NCBI RefSeq assembly: GCF_036365525.1
Contig: NC_090380.1
Coordinates: 84,391,658 to 84,455,657, forward strand
Source of the DNA: Heterodontus francisci
Taxonomy: Eukaryota
Reading direction: 5' to 3'
Length of the DNA: 64,000 bases
The notes beneath the pieces were generated by a model. That model did not search any database, was not told where the DNA came from, and was given only the letters and a program-made list of their open reading frames with translations. This document shows positions 12,202 through 25,238 of this stretch, one piece after another. Numbering within the stretch: position 1 is the stretch's first letter; every line of letters starts with the position of its first letter. Position numbers and translations under genes: made by a program.

Positions 12202-12829
12202 TGCATGTCAGAACACTAGCAAATGGTGCCATGAAACCAGAGGATACAGATTCAATACTCAGCTCAAATCGCAATGTAAACTCTACAGAATGGTGCCTTC
12301 AGAGATCACAATCCATACTGACAGAGCAGAAAGCGAAAAGTAAATAGACAAGTCAATGGACAAGAAAATCGGATGAGGTGTCAAGCAGGCTACTGATTCA
12401 CTATGAGCCTGTTTCATGCTGCTGGTGAAGACCAATTTCAACCCCATGGTTCCCTTGTTAGACCACTATTGAGCATCTCTTAATAACTGACCAAAGTGGG
12501 TACTGGCAGAAATGTCTGAATATACTGCACTGCTCATGTGCAATTCCAGGTTAAAAATATGGCCCTCACTTAAAGAGACAAAAACATGGTTCCTTTGATG
12601 TCTTCGAGTTAACAATGTGGATGAGAATGTTACTTCCTCCCCCCACACAACTGAAACTGGGCAGGTGGTCAGTTAAAATGGAGTGAGTGAAATTCCCTCT
12701 CTTTTCCTGTTTGTCTGGCATTACAATATGCCAGTTTTTCAAGCGTAGGAGGCACCTGCCTGAGTCAAGCAATATATATATGAAAATTGTGGTCATATTA
12801 CATCAATAGGACCCTAATGCCATTTCAAT

Positions 12830-13851
12830 ATAGAACTATTTATTTTCTCCTCTGTGTAAAATAGTGTGCCTTGAAGACTCTGTCTAAAAAGTGTACTTTT
12901 AAGACAGAGTGAGAAGCTTTAAGATGGAGAAAAGTGAGTGCAGCAGCTGCACCTGTTACCTAGGCAACAACAGGAGAGTGAGGAGGGCACATGGTGTAAT
13001 GCTTTAATTTGACTGTGTGCAGGGACTGGCTGAAACCGGTTTTGAGAGACACCAGCAAAGCATGCTTACTGGAGGAAGGAGCTGTTTAATTCTCTCAGTA
13101 GAAATTCTGCAATGAGCTATAGGCAGTGTTAATTGCCTAAGGAGAAAAAAAAACCTTTGAAGAGAACATTTGTATTGCTGGAGGTAGCAAAATTCCTTTT
13201 CTGTACTTCCAATCTAAGAAGTCTTTGCTTCAAGATTGACTCTCTCGACTGATTGTGTTTTCTGGAATTTGCAGTAAAGTTTCGACTGAAAGACTACCAA
13301 TTTTAAAATCCAAATATAGACCTGTCGTTACACTCCATGCTGAAAAGATTGTGTGATGTCTGCTGCAGCCGAAGTGCTTTGAATGTCTATCAAGTAAAGA
13401 CTGTTCATCAAATTAGTGTGGAAACTTCGAATGGCATCTGATTTTTTTTACACTAGGATTCCTCACCTATCAGGAACGTAACCCACAAGGACTTACAACC
13501 CAGTTATTTATTCATTCTTAAGAAACAGCTAATTTTTAAAACACCATTTTTAAAAAACAGTTAACAGATTTTGAATGTATGTGTGAGCATGGGGGTTAGG
13601 TTAAATAAGAAGTTATAAGCTCTTTAGAAATAAATTTATCTTAATAGTGTTAAGATTTAGGTTATTAATAAATACTTAATTTGTTGTTGTCCAAAGATAG
13701 CTGGTTTGGTGTATTTTTCCTATTCTTGGAGTTAATAAAGTGTTTAATTTGGCTGTTTTCCGGTTAGGTGGGGAAACTTTAATAATATGCTGCGACCCGT
13801 GGAGTGATGGGACTGAATTGACAGTGCATTGCTCCCCCATCGGTCATAACA
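12830..13851 (+). mobile_element. Probable solo LTR related to the Gmr1-type element
   Basis: 13560-13851 aligns to the reverse complement of 45456-45760 and ends ...CATAACA; left boundary is approximate. Confidence 0.65.
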
Positions 13852-13969
13852 ATAGGAGTAAGTGTAAGTGGGGTTCCTGTAACAGCTGGCTCGACAGCTG
13901 AAACCTGGCCAGTTTAAAATTCTGGGGTCAGGAGGAGATGGAGTGCTTCTACGGACCCCCACAAGGAAA

Positions 13970-16520
13970 GTGGAGACCTCCCTTCACTTCAAAAACAAAA
14001 ACTCATCAAGAAAGACCCATCTGTGGCTCACTCAGGAAATTAAGGAGAGTATTAGACTAAAAGAAGCGGCTTACAACTTTGCAAAAAAAGTAGCAAGTCT
14101 GAGGATTGGGAGTGTTTTGGAAATGAACAAAGGGCCACAAAAAGTTTATAAAAAGAAAAAAAAATAGAATGAGAGTAAACTAGCCATCAATATCAAAACA
14201 GATTGTAAGAGCTTTTATAAGTACATAAAAAGGAAAAGAATAGCTAAAGTAGACGTTGGTCCCTTAGAGGCAGAACAAAGAACAAAGAACAAAGAACAGT
14301 ACAGCACAGGAACAGGCCATTCGGCCCTCCAAGCCTGCGCCGATCTTGATGCCTGCCGAAACTAACACCTTCTGCACTTCCGGGGCCCATATCCCTCTAT
14401 TCCCTTCCTATTCATATATTTGTCAAGATGTCTCTTAAACGTCGCTATCGTATCTGCTTCCACCACCTCCCCTGGCAGCATGTTCCAGGCACTCACCACC
14501 CTCTGTGTAAAAAACTTGCCTCGCACATCCCCTCTAAACTTTGCCCCTCGCCCCTTAAACCTATGTCCCCTAGTAACTGACTCTTCCACCCTGAGAAAAA
14601 GCTTCTGACTATCCACTCTGTCCATGCCGCTCATAACTTTGTAAACCTCTATCATGTCCCCCCTCCACCTCCGTTGTTCCAGTGAAAACAATCCGAGTTT
14701 TTCCAACCTCTCCTCATATCTAATGCCCTCCAGACCAGGCAACATCCTGGTAAACCTCCTCTGTACCCTCTCCAAAGCCTCCACGTCCTTCTGGTAGTGT
14801 GGCGACCAGAATTGCACGCAATATTCTCAGAGACAGGAGAAATCATCATGGGGAATGAGGAAATGGCATTGAACAAATATTTTGCGTCTGTCTTCACAGT
14901 AGAAGACACAAGTTCCACACCAGAAATAGGCAGTAACCTAGGGGCTAAAAAGAGTGAGGAAATTAAGGATATTGATATCAGCCGAGAAAACATATAGGAG
15001 AAACTTGAGGGACTAAAATCTGACAAGTCACCCCGGGACCAGATGGCCTACATCCTACGGTTCAGGAATGGTCCCATCAAATTGGAAGTTGGCAAATATT
15101 ACACCGCTTTTCAAGGAAGGATGTAGAGAGAAAACAGAGAACTACAGGCGAATTAGCCTAACATCAGTCATTGGGAAGATGCTAGAAACTATTATTAAAG
15201 AAGTCTTAACACTGCACTTGGAAAAGCATAGTATGATTAGAATAAGTCAGCATGATTTTACTAAAGGGAGATCCTGTTTGACAAATTTATTAGTGTTTTT
15301 TGAGGATGTAACTAGCAGGGTAGATAAAGGGGAACCAGTAGTATACCTGGATTTTCAAAAGGCATTTGATAAGGTGTCACATAGGCAAGATAAGGGCTCA
15401 TGGTGTTGGAGGTAATAGAGGATAGAGGATTGGTTAACAGACAGAAAGCAGAGAGTGGGCATAAATGGGGCATTTTCAAGTTGGCAGGCAGTGAACGGTG
15501 GGGTGTCGCAAGGATCAGTGTTGGGCCTCAGCTATTTACACTCTATACTAATGACTTGGATGAAGATGCAGAGAGTAATGTATCTAAGTTTCCTGATGAT
15601 ACAAAGCTCGGTGGAAAGATAAGCTGTGGGGAGGACATAGAGAGACTGCAAAGAGATATAGACTGGTTAAGTGAGTGGGCAACAAGATGGCAAATGGAGT
15701 ATAATGTAGGGAAATGTGAAGTTGTTCACTTTGGAAATTAAAATAGAAAAGCAGAATTTTTTTAAAAAGGTGTCAAACTGGTAAGTGTTGATGTTCAGGG
15801 AGACTTGGGGGTATTCGTTCAAGGAACGCACAAAATTAACATGCAGGTGCAGCAGGCTATTAGGAAGTCAAATGGCATGTCGGCCTTAATTTCAAGGGTA
15901 TTGGAGTACAGGAATAAGGAAGTCTTACTAAAATTGTACAGGGCTTTGGTGAGACCGCACCTGGAATACTGTGTGCAGTTTTTGGTTTCCACATTTAAGA
16001 AAGGATATACCTGTACTGGAGATGGTGCAGCAAAGCTTTACTAAATTGGTCCCTGGGATGAGGGGGTTATCCTATGACGAGAGGCTGAGTAAATTGGGGC
16101 AACATTCTCTGGAGTTTAAAAGAATGAGAAGTGATCTAATTGAGACATACAAGATTCTGAAAGGGCTTGATAGGGTAGATACTGAGAGATTGGTCCCACT
16201 GGTCAGGGAATCTAGAACATGGGGACACAGTCTCAGGATAAGGGGCCACTCATTCAGGACTGAGATGAGGAGAAATTACTTCACTCAAAGGGTTATAAAT
16301 CTTTGGAATTCTCTACCACTGAGGGTTGTGGATGCTCCATCATTGAATACATTTAAAGCTGGTATAGATAGATGTTTGGTCTTGTGGGGAATCAAGGGAT
16401 ATGGGGAGCAGGCAGGAAAGTGGAATTGAAGCCCAAGATCAGCCATGATCATATTGAATGGCGGAGCAGGCTCGATGGACCATATGGTCTAATTCTGCTC
16501 TTATTTCTTGTGTTCTTGTG
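13970..16520 (+). mobile_element. Decayed CR1 LINE ORF2 (interrupted at 14273-14827)
   Basis: Frameshifted CR1 peptides WKLANITPLFK, YLDFQKAFDKV, KFPDDTKLGG, LWNSLP; CR1 3'UTR. Confidence 0.9.
14273..14827 (-). mobile_element. Young 5'-truncated CR1 with (TTTGTTC)n tail nested in an older CR1
   Basis: Open ORF2 C-terminus near-identical to 62540-63000; GAACAAA repeats at the left end. Confidence 0.92.
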
Positions 16521-17784
16521 ACTCCAGCACCCCATTGCAAACTGCTGACTGCCCCAGAACCCTTGTCGCACTCATCCCATATTTACCTTGGGCCCATCCG
16601 GGACCTCTGTGCTGTCCAACATTCTGCCACTTCCCACTAAATTGTCGCACATTTTAGGTCAGTAAGCTGGCCAGTGACATGTCAATGAGGCACAGCTATT
16701 AAAATCTACTGGGCCTCCCACTGCTGCTCACCTGTGCATCTGTTAGGCTGCTTTCCCACCCAGGAGTTAAAATTCCCACCACTAGCTCTGGAAATCCACA
16801 GCTGTTTTGGCACATTCCCACTGTAATTTCTGTTGGACATAAGGCGCCAGGACTGGATTTATGTTAGGACCTAGTGTAGAATTGGCACAGGTAAGTCTTG
16901 TCTCACCAGGTGTACCTTCTTGACACCTAAAAAAAAAGCAGGACCCACAAGAAATCTGTGACTGGACCCCTGCAGATCCTACCTCTGGACTATGATCCAC
17001 CTACAGAACATCAAGCCATTGTATCCAGGACTATCACTGGCCTCATCTTCTCTAGAGATCTTCCCTTCATGGCCTTCAACCTCATAGTTCCCCAACCCCG
17101 TACAGCCCGCTTCAACCTCCTTCCCAAAATCCACAAACAAGACTGTCCTGGTAGATCGCTTGTTTCAGTCTGTTCCTGCCCCACTGAACTGATTTCTTCC
17201 TATCCTGACTCTATTTTTACTCCCCTTGCCCAGTTTCTTCCCACCTATATCAGTGACTCTTCCCATGCCCTCTGTCACTGCATCTGTTTTCAGTTTCCTG
17301 ATCCTTACTATCTCCTATTCACCATGGGCTTTCTGTCCCTCTACAACAGCATGGTCTAATAGCTCTCTGCTAGTGGAGGTTCAAACAATCACATCCACCA
17401 CCCCCTCCTCTGCCTGGCTGAACATGTTCTCACATTGAACAACTTCTTCTAAATAAATGGTGTTGCTATGGGTACCTTCATGGGTCCTAGCTATACCTGC
17501 CTTTTTGTAGGATATGTGGAACATTCCTCGTTCCAGTCCTACTCTGCCCCTCCCTCACCACTTCGTCCAGTACATTGATGACTGTATCGATGCCCACTTC
17601 CTGCTCTCACCCTGAAGTGGAAAATTTCATTGACTTTGTTTCCAATTTCCACCCTTCTCTCACCTTCACATGGTCCATCTCCGACTCTTCCCTTCCCTTC
17701 CTCGACTTTTCAGTTGCAATTTCTGGGGGTAGACTATCAACCAATATTCACGAGAGGCCCACAGATAACCACAGCTGTCTGGTT

Positions 17785-18280
17785 TAAAGGCTTGCTACCT
17801 GACCCGAACCCAACGACATGTGTCAGGTCCGGGTTGGGTCGGGTTGCTCTTCCAGGTCTGGCTTTTGGGCTCGGCTCGGGTCGGGCCAGGTCCCCGTCAG
17901 GCCAGAACTGGGTCGGGCTCGGTCCGGGTAGGACACACACGGTATTAATTGGGCTTGAAAGGTTGTTTAAAAAGATGAAGACTGGAGCCCAAAGTCAATG
18001 ATTGTTTGGTCATGAGTTAAACAGAAACCCTTGGAGTTGCGCCAAGACAGGTTGTGGCACACTGTACCAGTATCTGTATTGCTTAAAATAAGTCCTGACA
18101 GTGATCAAATTATATTTTTTGATATAAATACTGCATATTTTATAATAATTAATCACTCAGGACTTTCCTGGTCTCAGTTGCTCACTGGATAAACTTGCAG
18201 CAAGTATTTCAATCTGTAAAGCAGGAGTCTAGGTAATGTATAATGATATTTTCTGAGCCTTTGGGCAATTGCTGTGTTTC
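17785..18280. mobile_element. hAT-type non-autonomous fragment inserted in Penelope
   Basis: Starts TAAAGGCTTGCTACC with ACCCGA/TCGGG subterminal repeats, like 26854-29315; right TIR not found. Confidence 0.55.
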
Positions 18281-19159
18281 CCTTCCCTCCCAGAACCATG
18301 ATAGGGTTCCCCTTATATTCACCTTCCACTCCACCAGCCTCCATATTCAACAGATCATCCTCTATCATTTCCATCACCTCCAGCGTAATGCCACCCACAA
18401 ACACATCTCTCCCTCCCCTTTCAGCATTCCGAAGGGACTGTTCCCTCTGTGACACCCTGATCCATGCCTCAGTCAGCCCCAACACCTCCCCGCTCTCCTA
18501 TGGCACCTGCCCTTTTATCACTTCGCTCTTCACTGTCCAAGGCCCCAAACACTCCTTCCAAGTGAAACAGCAATTTACTTGTACTTCTTTCAATTTAGTA
18601 TACTGTAGTCACTGCTCACAATATGGTCTCTTCTACATTGCGGAGACTAAATGCAGACTGGGTGACTGCTTTGCAGAACACCTCCGTTCAGTCCGCAAGC
18701 GCAACCTCAAGTTTTCTGCTGCTTGTAATTTCAATTCTCCACCTTGCTCCCACACTGACCTTTCTGTCTTTGGCCTGCTGCAGTGTTCCAATAAAGCTCA
18801 ACACAAGCTCCAGAAACAGCACCTCATCTTTCGATGAGGTGCTTTACAGCCTTCAGGTCTCAACATTGAGTTCAATAAATTTAGATCATAACCTCTGCTC
18901 CCATTTTTTATTTTTTCATGTTTTTTTGATGATTCGTTTCCCCCTCCCGCACTTGCTTCTTTCTTAATCCCTTTAGTTTGTGTTAGGACAGCTGCTATCC
19001 AGATATTTACACCTCATCCAGACACAGCTTTTGTTTCTTTACTTGTCCCATTACCACTCCCCTTGACTATGTACCATGAAACATTTTGTCATTTAATCTC
19101 TCCTGCCCTCACCCTATCTCAGATCTTCCCTTTTGTTCTTCTTCCCCTCCCCCTTTCAC

Positions 19160-19503
19160 TTTTTTTTATTCATTCCTGGGATGTGGGCGTCGCTGGCCAG
19201 GCCAGCATTTATTATCCATCCATAATTGCCCTTGAGAAGGTGGTGGTGAGCTGCCTTCTTGAACTGCTACAGTCCATGTGAGGTAGGTACACCCACAATG
19301 CTATTAGAAGGGAGTTCCAGGATTTTGACCCAGCAACAGTAAAGGAACAGCGATATAGTTCCAAGTCAGGATGGTGTGTGGCTTGGAGGGGAACTTGCAG
19401 GTGGTTACCCATGCATCGTGTTCCCATGCATCTGCTGCCCTTGTCCTTCTAGGCGATAGAGGTCACGGGTTTGGAAGATGCTGTTGAAGGAGGCTTGGTG
19501 ATT
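19160..19503 (-). mobile_element. Family B LINE 3' fragment in the Penelope 3'UTR
   Basis: Family B tail and GSKSWNSL peptide. Confidence 0.85.
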
Positions 19504-19813
19504 TGCTCAAAACCTTTTACATTTCTAACTTTTCCCAGTTCTGATGAAAGGTCACACATACCTGAAATGTTTTTCTGTTTTTTCTCTCCACAGATGCTGC
19601 CTGACCACTGAGTATTTCCATCAATTTCTGTTTTTATTTCAGATTTACAGCTTCCACAGAATTTTGCTTGTGTTGTGTTGATGAGGACCCGACTAATCTT
19701 TTCTATTTGGAATGAGTATTTAATATGCATATCACATTTTTAATCACTGCCCCTTCAAGCTTTCTTTGGCATAACGGTTTACTTTGAACACATTGTTTAA
19801 TTACTCTACACAC

Positions 19814-19927
19814 CTTTATCCAATCGACGGTTAGAAGCAGAACCAGCAATACCATCACCATCAACAACATGAAAAGGCACAAGTGTGTGGAGAAGGGAAG
19901 CAAGGATTTTGTGCGTTTTTCATCCAT
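19814..19927 (-). CDS. NXPE3: NXPE3-like gene, first coding exon (type II membrane anchor); exon including UTR is 19814-19991
   Basis: attATGG start; MDEKRTKSLLPFSTHLCLFMLLMVMVLLVLLLTVDWIK then AAG|gtgtgt, phase 0, matching the phase-0 acceptor at 8337; upstream acceptor ttttttcag at 19992. Confidence 0.78.
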
Positions 19928-20207
19928 AATTGGAGCTCACAGTTCATCCGTATTATCAATCAGTTTGGTCAATACTTCTTGCTTCTGAAATCTGAAAAAA
20001 GAATCACAGCCTAGAAAGCTAAGGACTGGAGAAACCGGAGGTCATTCTTGCCGTCAGATCTCTCATATTGTTTTATATTTTACTTATACAGCAACATGTC
20101 AGCAAGCAATCATTCATTGTTGTAAGGTGACATTAATGTCAGTTTGCCATAGCAAGAAATGGAGGAGATAGTCAGGGGAAACATTTTCTGAGACTATTGA
20201 AAGCAGA

Positions 20208-20870
20208 GGGCTGAGTTTTCCCTGCTCCAGACTGGCAGGCTTGGAGGCAGGAGGGGGGCCAGGAAAATAGGGGGAAGTGTGTCTGGACGGGTCCATGAAG
20301 CAGTCCCTCTGCTGGGGACGGTTCCCAGGGGCAGCCGAGGAGTGAATTGCTAGCCTGATGCACGGAGGCGGGCAGGCAATTTACATGCTTAAGGCCAAAA
20401 TTTGGGGTGATTTTGTGGGATCGCCGGCATGGTACCAGCAGTGGGGCATCCCCCTGCCATGTGGGAAGCTGTAAGCTCCATGTAGGCCAGAGGGGGAGTG
20501 GGCATCAGAATGGGAAGTGCCACGTCCCAAAGAGGGGGCCGCTGTCAGAAAAGGCTGCACCTGAAGCCCAAACGTTTCCGATGGAGGGGTTTCACCTCTA
20601 TTCCGAAGGGCCTACTGGCTTGGTGCCTCTGAAAATTCCATTTAGATTAAAGCCTCCAACCTGCTCACCTTTCCCAGTGGGGCTGCTGAGGCTTTAGAGC
20701 TACCGGCCCTGTGACTGGGCTGGCAGCATTGGAAGCCTGCCTGTCGTTCTTAGTAGGATGGTGAGCGTGGAGGTGGCCAATTAGGAAACTGCCTCTGGGA
20801 AGATTGCTCAGCCAGTCTCATGGTGAGTGTGGTCCCGGTCAGGTTCTGAAGCCTGCGGCAAAATTCTGTG
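20208..20870. mobile_element. Degenerate Harbinger-type MITE
   Basis: GGGCTGAGTTTT...AAAATTCTG ends, GC-rich interior with family motifs. Confidence 0.45.
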
Positions 20871-21146
20871 CAGACAGTTGGACTATTCTTTCTGCTGAAG
20901 TAGTGATTACAGTGAAGATGCGCTAATCTCTATTTGTTCTCATGCATGACTGAGAAGTGGCAAATCAGCAAGCAAATGCAGAAATGAACACTTCACAAGG
21001 TTCAAGAAAATTATAAACAAATTAAATTAGTTCAAAAAAGAAAAAGCCAATCTAACAGTCATGTGCGAATAGCAGATTTCTAGCCTTACTTTTAAGTCAC
21101 AAAGCACATTTCACTCATGAGGCTATGCAGATGTTGGTAGTTACTG

Positions 21147-23956
21147 TTTTTTTTTATTCATTCATGGGATTTTTGGGCGTCGCTGGTCAGGCCAGCATTT
21201 ATTGTCCATCCCTAATTGCCCTTGAGAAGGGGTGGTGAGCTGACTTCTTGAACTGCTGCAGTCCATGTGAGGTAAGTACACCCACAGTGCTGTCAGGAAG
21301 GGAGTTCCAGGATTTTGACCCAGCGACAGTGAAGGAACGGCGATATAGTTCCAAGTCAGGATGGTGTGTGACTTGGAGGGGAACTGGCAGGTGGTGGTGT
21401 TCCCTGCATTTGCTCGCCTTGTTCTTCTAGTTGGTAGAGGTCGCGGGTTTGGAAGGTGCTGTCTAAGGAGCCTTGGTGCCTTGCTGCAGTACATCCTGTA
21501 GATGGTACACACTGCTGCCACTGTGCGTCGGTGGTGAAGGGAGTGAATGTTTGTAGATGGTGTGCCAATCGAGCGGGCTGCTTTGTCCTGGATGGGGTCG
21601 AGCTTCTTGAGTGTTGTTGGAGCTGCACCCATCCAGGCAAGTGGAGAGTATTCCATCACACTCCTGACTTGTGCCTTGTAGATGGTGGACAGGCTTTGGG
21701 GAGTCAGGAGGTGAGTCACTCAAAGAACAAAGAACAGTACAGCACAGGAACAGGCCATTCAGCCCTCCAAGCCGGCGCCAATCTTGATGTCTGCCTAAAC
21801 TAAAACCTTCTGCACTTCCAGGGACCGTATCCCTCTATTCTCATCCTATTCATGTATTTGTCAAGATGCCTCTTAAACGTCGCTATCGTACCTGCTTCCA
21901 ATACCTCCCCCGGCAGCAGGTTCCAGGCACTCACCACCTTCTGTGTAAAGAACTGCCTCACACATCCCCTCTAAACTTTGCCCCTCTCACCTTAAACCTA
22001 TGTCCCCTAGTAACTGACTCTTCCACCCTGGGAAAAAGCTTCCACTCTGTCCATGCCGCCCATAACTTTGTAAACCTCTATCATGTCACCCCTCCACCTC
22101 CGTCGTTCCAGTGAAAACAATCCGAGTTTTTCCAACCTCTCCTCATAGCTAATGCCCTCCAGACCAGGCAACATCCTGGTAAACCTCTTCTGTACCCTCT
22201 CCAAAGCCTCCATGTCCTTCTGGTAGTGTGGCGACCAGAATTGCACGCAATATTCTAAGTGTGGCCTAACTAAAGTTCTGTACAGCTGCAGCATGACTTG
22301 CCAATTTTTATACTCTATGCCCCGACCGATGAAGGCAAGCATGCCGTATGCCTTCTTGACTACCTTATCCACCTGCGTTGCCACTTTCAGTGACCTGTGG
22401 ACCTGTACGCCGAGATCTCTCTGCCTGTTAATACTCCTAAGGGTTCTGCCATTTACTGTATACTTCCCACTTGCATTAGACCTTCCAAAATGCATTACCT
22501 CACATTTGTCCGGATTAAACTCCATCTGCCATTTCTCCACCCAAGTCTCCAAACGATCTATATCCTGTTGTATCCTCTGACAATCCTCATCACTATCCGC
22601 AACTCCACCAACCTTTGTGTCGTCCGCAAACTTACTAATCAGACCAGCTACATTTTCCTCCAAATCATTTATATATACTACAAAGAGCAAAGGTCCCAGC
22701 ACTGATCCCTGCGGAACACCACTAGTCACATCCCTCCATTCAGAAAAGCACCCTTCCACTGCTATCCTCTGTCTCCTATGACAGAGCCAGTTCTGTATCC
22801 ATCTTGCCAGCTCACCTCTGATCCCGTGTGACTTCACCTTTTGAACCATCTGCCATGAGGGACCTGGTCAAAGGCTTTACTGAAGTCCATATAGATAACA
22901 TCCACTGCCCTTCCTTCATCAATCATCTTTGTCACTTCCTCAAAAAACTCAATCAAATTAGTGAGACACGACCTCCCCTTCACAAAACCATGCTGCCTCT
23001 CGATAATAAGTTCGTTTGTTTCCAAATGGGAGTAAATCCTGTCCCGAAGAACCCTCTCTAATAATTTCCCTACCACTGATGTAAGGCTCACCGGCCTATA
23101 ATTTCCTGGATTATCCTTGCTACCCTTCTTAAACAAAGGAACAACATTGGCTATTCTCCAGTCCTCTGGGATCTCACCTGTAGCCAATGAGGATGCAAAG
23201 ATTTCTGTCATGGCCCCAGCAATTTCTTCCGTTGCCTCCCTTAGTATTCTGGGGTAGATCCCATCAGGCCCTGGGGACTTATCTACCTTAATGCTTTGCA
23301 AGACACCCAACACCTCCTCCTTTTTGATAATGAGATGACTGAGACTATCTACACTCCCTTCCCTCGGCTCATCATCCACCAAGTCCTTCTCTTTGGTGAA
23401 TACTGATGCAAAGTACTCATTTAGTACCTCACCCATTTCCTCTGGCTCCACACATAGATTCCCTTCTCTGTCCTTGAGCGGGCCAACCCTTTCCCTAGTT
23501 ACCCTCTTGCTCTTTATACATGTATAAAAAGCCTTGGGATTATCCTTAATTTTGTTTGCCAATGACTTTTCATGACCCCTTTTAGCCCTCCTGACTCCTT
23601 GCTTAAGTTCCTTTCTACAGTCTTTATATTCCTCAGGATTCCTAGCCTCTGATCTGCTCTTGTAGCCACGGTATTTATATGGCTACTCCAGTTCAGTTTC
23701 TGGTCAATGGTAGCCCCTAGGATGTTGATAGTGGGGGATTCAGCGATGGTAATGTCATTGAATGTCAAGGGCAGATGGTTAGATTCTCTCTTGTTGGAGA
23801 TGGTCATTGCCTGGCACTTGTGTGGTGCGCATGTTACTTGCCACTTATCAGCTCAAGCCTGGATATTGTCCAGGTCTTTCTGCATTTATGCACAGATACT
23901 TCAGTATCTGAGGAGTCACGAATGGTGCTGAACATTGTGCAATCATTATTGTATTA
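21147..23956 (-). mobile_element. 5'-truncated family B LINE split by a young CR1
   Basis: MEYSPLAWMGAAPTTLKKLD and MTISNKRESNHLPLTFN segments rejoin; TSD TTGGT(A/G)GTTACTG at 21134-21146 and 23957-23969. Confidence 0.88.
21721..23630 (-). mobile_element. Young CR1 LINE, 5'-truncated
   Basis: ORF2 pieces of 242 and 280 aa with few frameshifts; GAACAAA tail. Confidence 0.95.
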
Positions 23957-25238
23957 TTGGTGGTTACTGTAATGGTCACATATGATTGTTTCATTCTTCG
24001 ACCACCCAGTAAGGTCATTGCGGGGTGGATCTTAACTTGTGTGATGATGTAAAATGGGTGATAGTGAATCAACAGTCCTTTTTCCATCTGTCCTGATATT
24101 TCTTTTTTTTGAAGTGGGTAGAAATAAATATCAGGAAAGATGTAAAACAGGCAGCTGATTGGCTATCATCAGTTCTACACTATCGTCCAAAGTCAAAGTC
24201 TTCCCCAGGAGTATGATAGCAAGTGACTGACGATGTGGTCAATGCTGTGTCCAAAATGTATTGGCTTCTGTCCCATTTAAACACTAGTGAGGTTTCTGCC
24301 ACTTTCTCAACTGTCCTGTGAGTCTGTAAGGGATCTTCCTAGGTGGCCTTGGGATTTGCAGTCAAAATGCCTTCTAATAGGCCTTGGGGAACTCAAGTCT
24401 GTTTATTGCAGGCAGGTTCCCTACAGAACCTTAAGAAGGCTGCATGCAGCTAAGGGTAGGAGAGAATTGATCCTAGAAGGATTGATTACCTAATAATGGC
24501 TAAAATTTTCCTGACGTGGCCATAAAATACATAATTAAAAGGTTCTCTTTCAACTTGTTAAGAGCCTCTTCCTCCTTCATTCAGGCTTCCCAGCCCAACT
24601 ATGAAAATGACTCTGTCTCCACAGTTTATGACAGGGTCTACGGTGTTGGCTGAAGTTGGACAAGAGTGCCACTTGCTGCACTTCTAAAATTTTGGGGCCT
24701 CAGAGAAAAACAATAATTATCAACAATAATATTGAACTTCACATTTCACCAAGGAATGTAGTGTGCTGCTGCAATTTAAAATAAAATGATTTAAATAAAT
24801 AGTGAAGAAGTTCTGTATATCTTTGTTAGAAATGTGGCAGATCATAAGCTTTGAAGCCTCTATATTATGAACAGATAGGACTTGGTTTTAGTTGGGACCA
24901 TATTAAAGGAAGCCAGGGAGGAAATAGTGGATGCGCTGAGGATAATCTTCAAATCCTCACTGGATATAGGCGAGGTGCCAGAGGATTGGAGGGCTGCGGA
25001 TGTTATACCATTGTTTAAAAAGGGTGCGAGGGATAGGCCAAATAATTATAGGCTGGTCAGTCTGACCTCGGTGTTGGGTCAATTATTAGAATCAATTCTG
25101 AGGAACAGGATTAAGTGCCACTTAGAAAGACACGGATTAATCAGGGATAGTCAGCATGGATTTGTTAAGGGAAGGTTATGTCTTACTAATTTAATTGAAA
25201 TATTTGAGGAAGTAACAAGGAGGATTGATGAGGGTAGT

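Larger units (their letters stand above)
16975..19670 (+). mobile_element. Decayed Penelope-like retroelement (RT + GIY-YIG endonuclease + hammerhead-bearing 3' end)
   Basis: PLE RT motifs FNLLPKIHK...PGR, GVAMGT.MGPSY, YIDD, LPFLD; GIY-YIG region NLVYC..C..YGLFYIAETKCRLGDCFAEH; terminal CTGATGA...GAAA at about 19541-19567; interrupted by two insertions. Confidence 0.9.
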
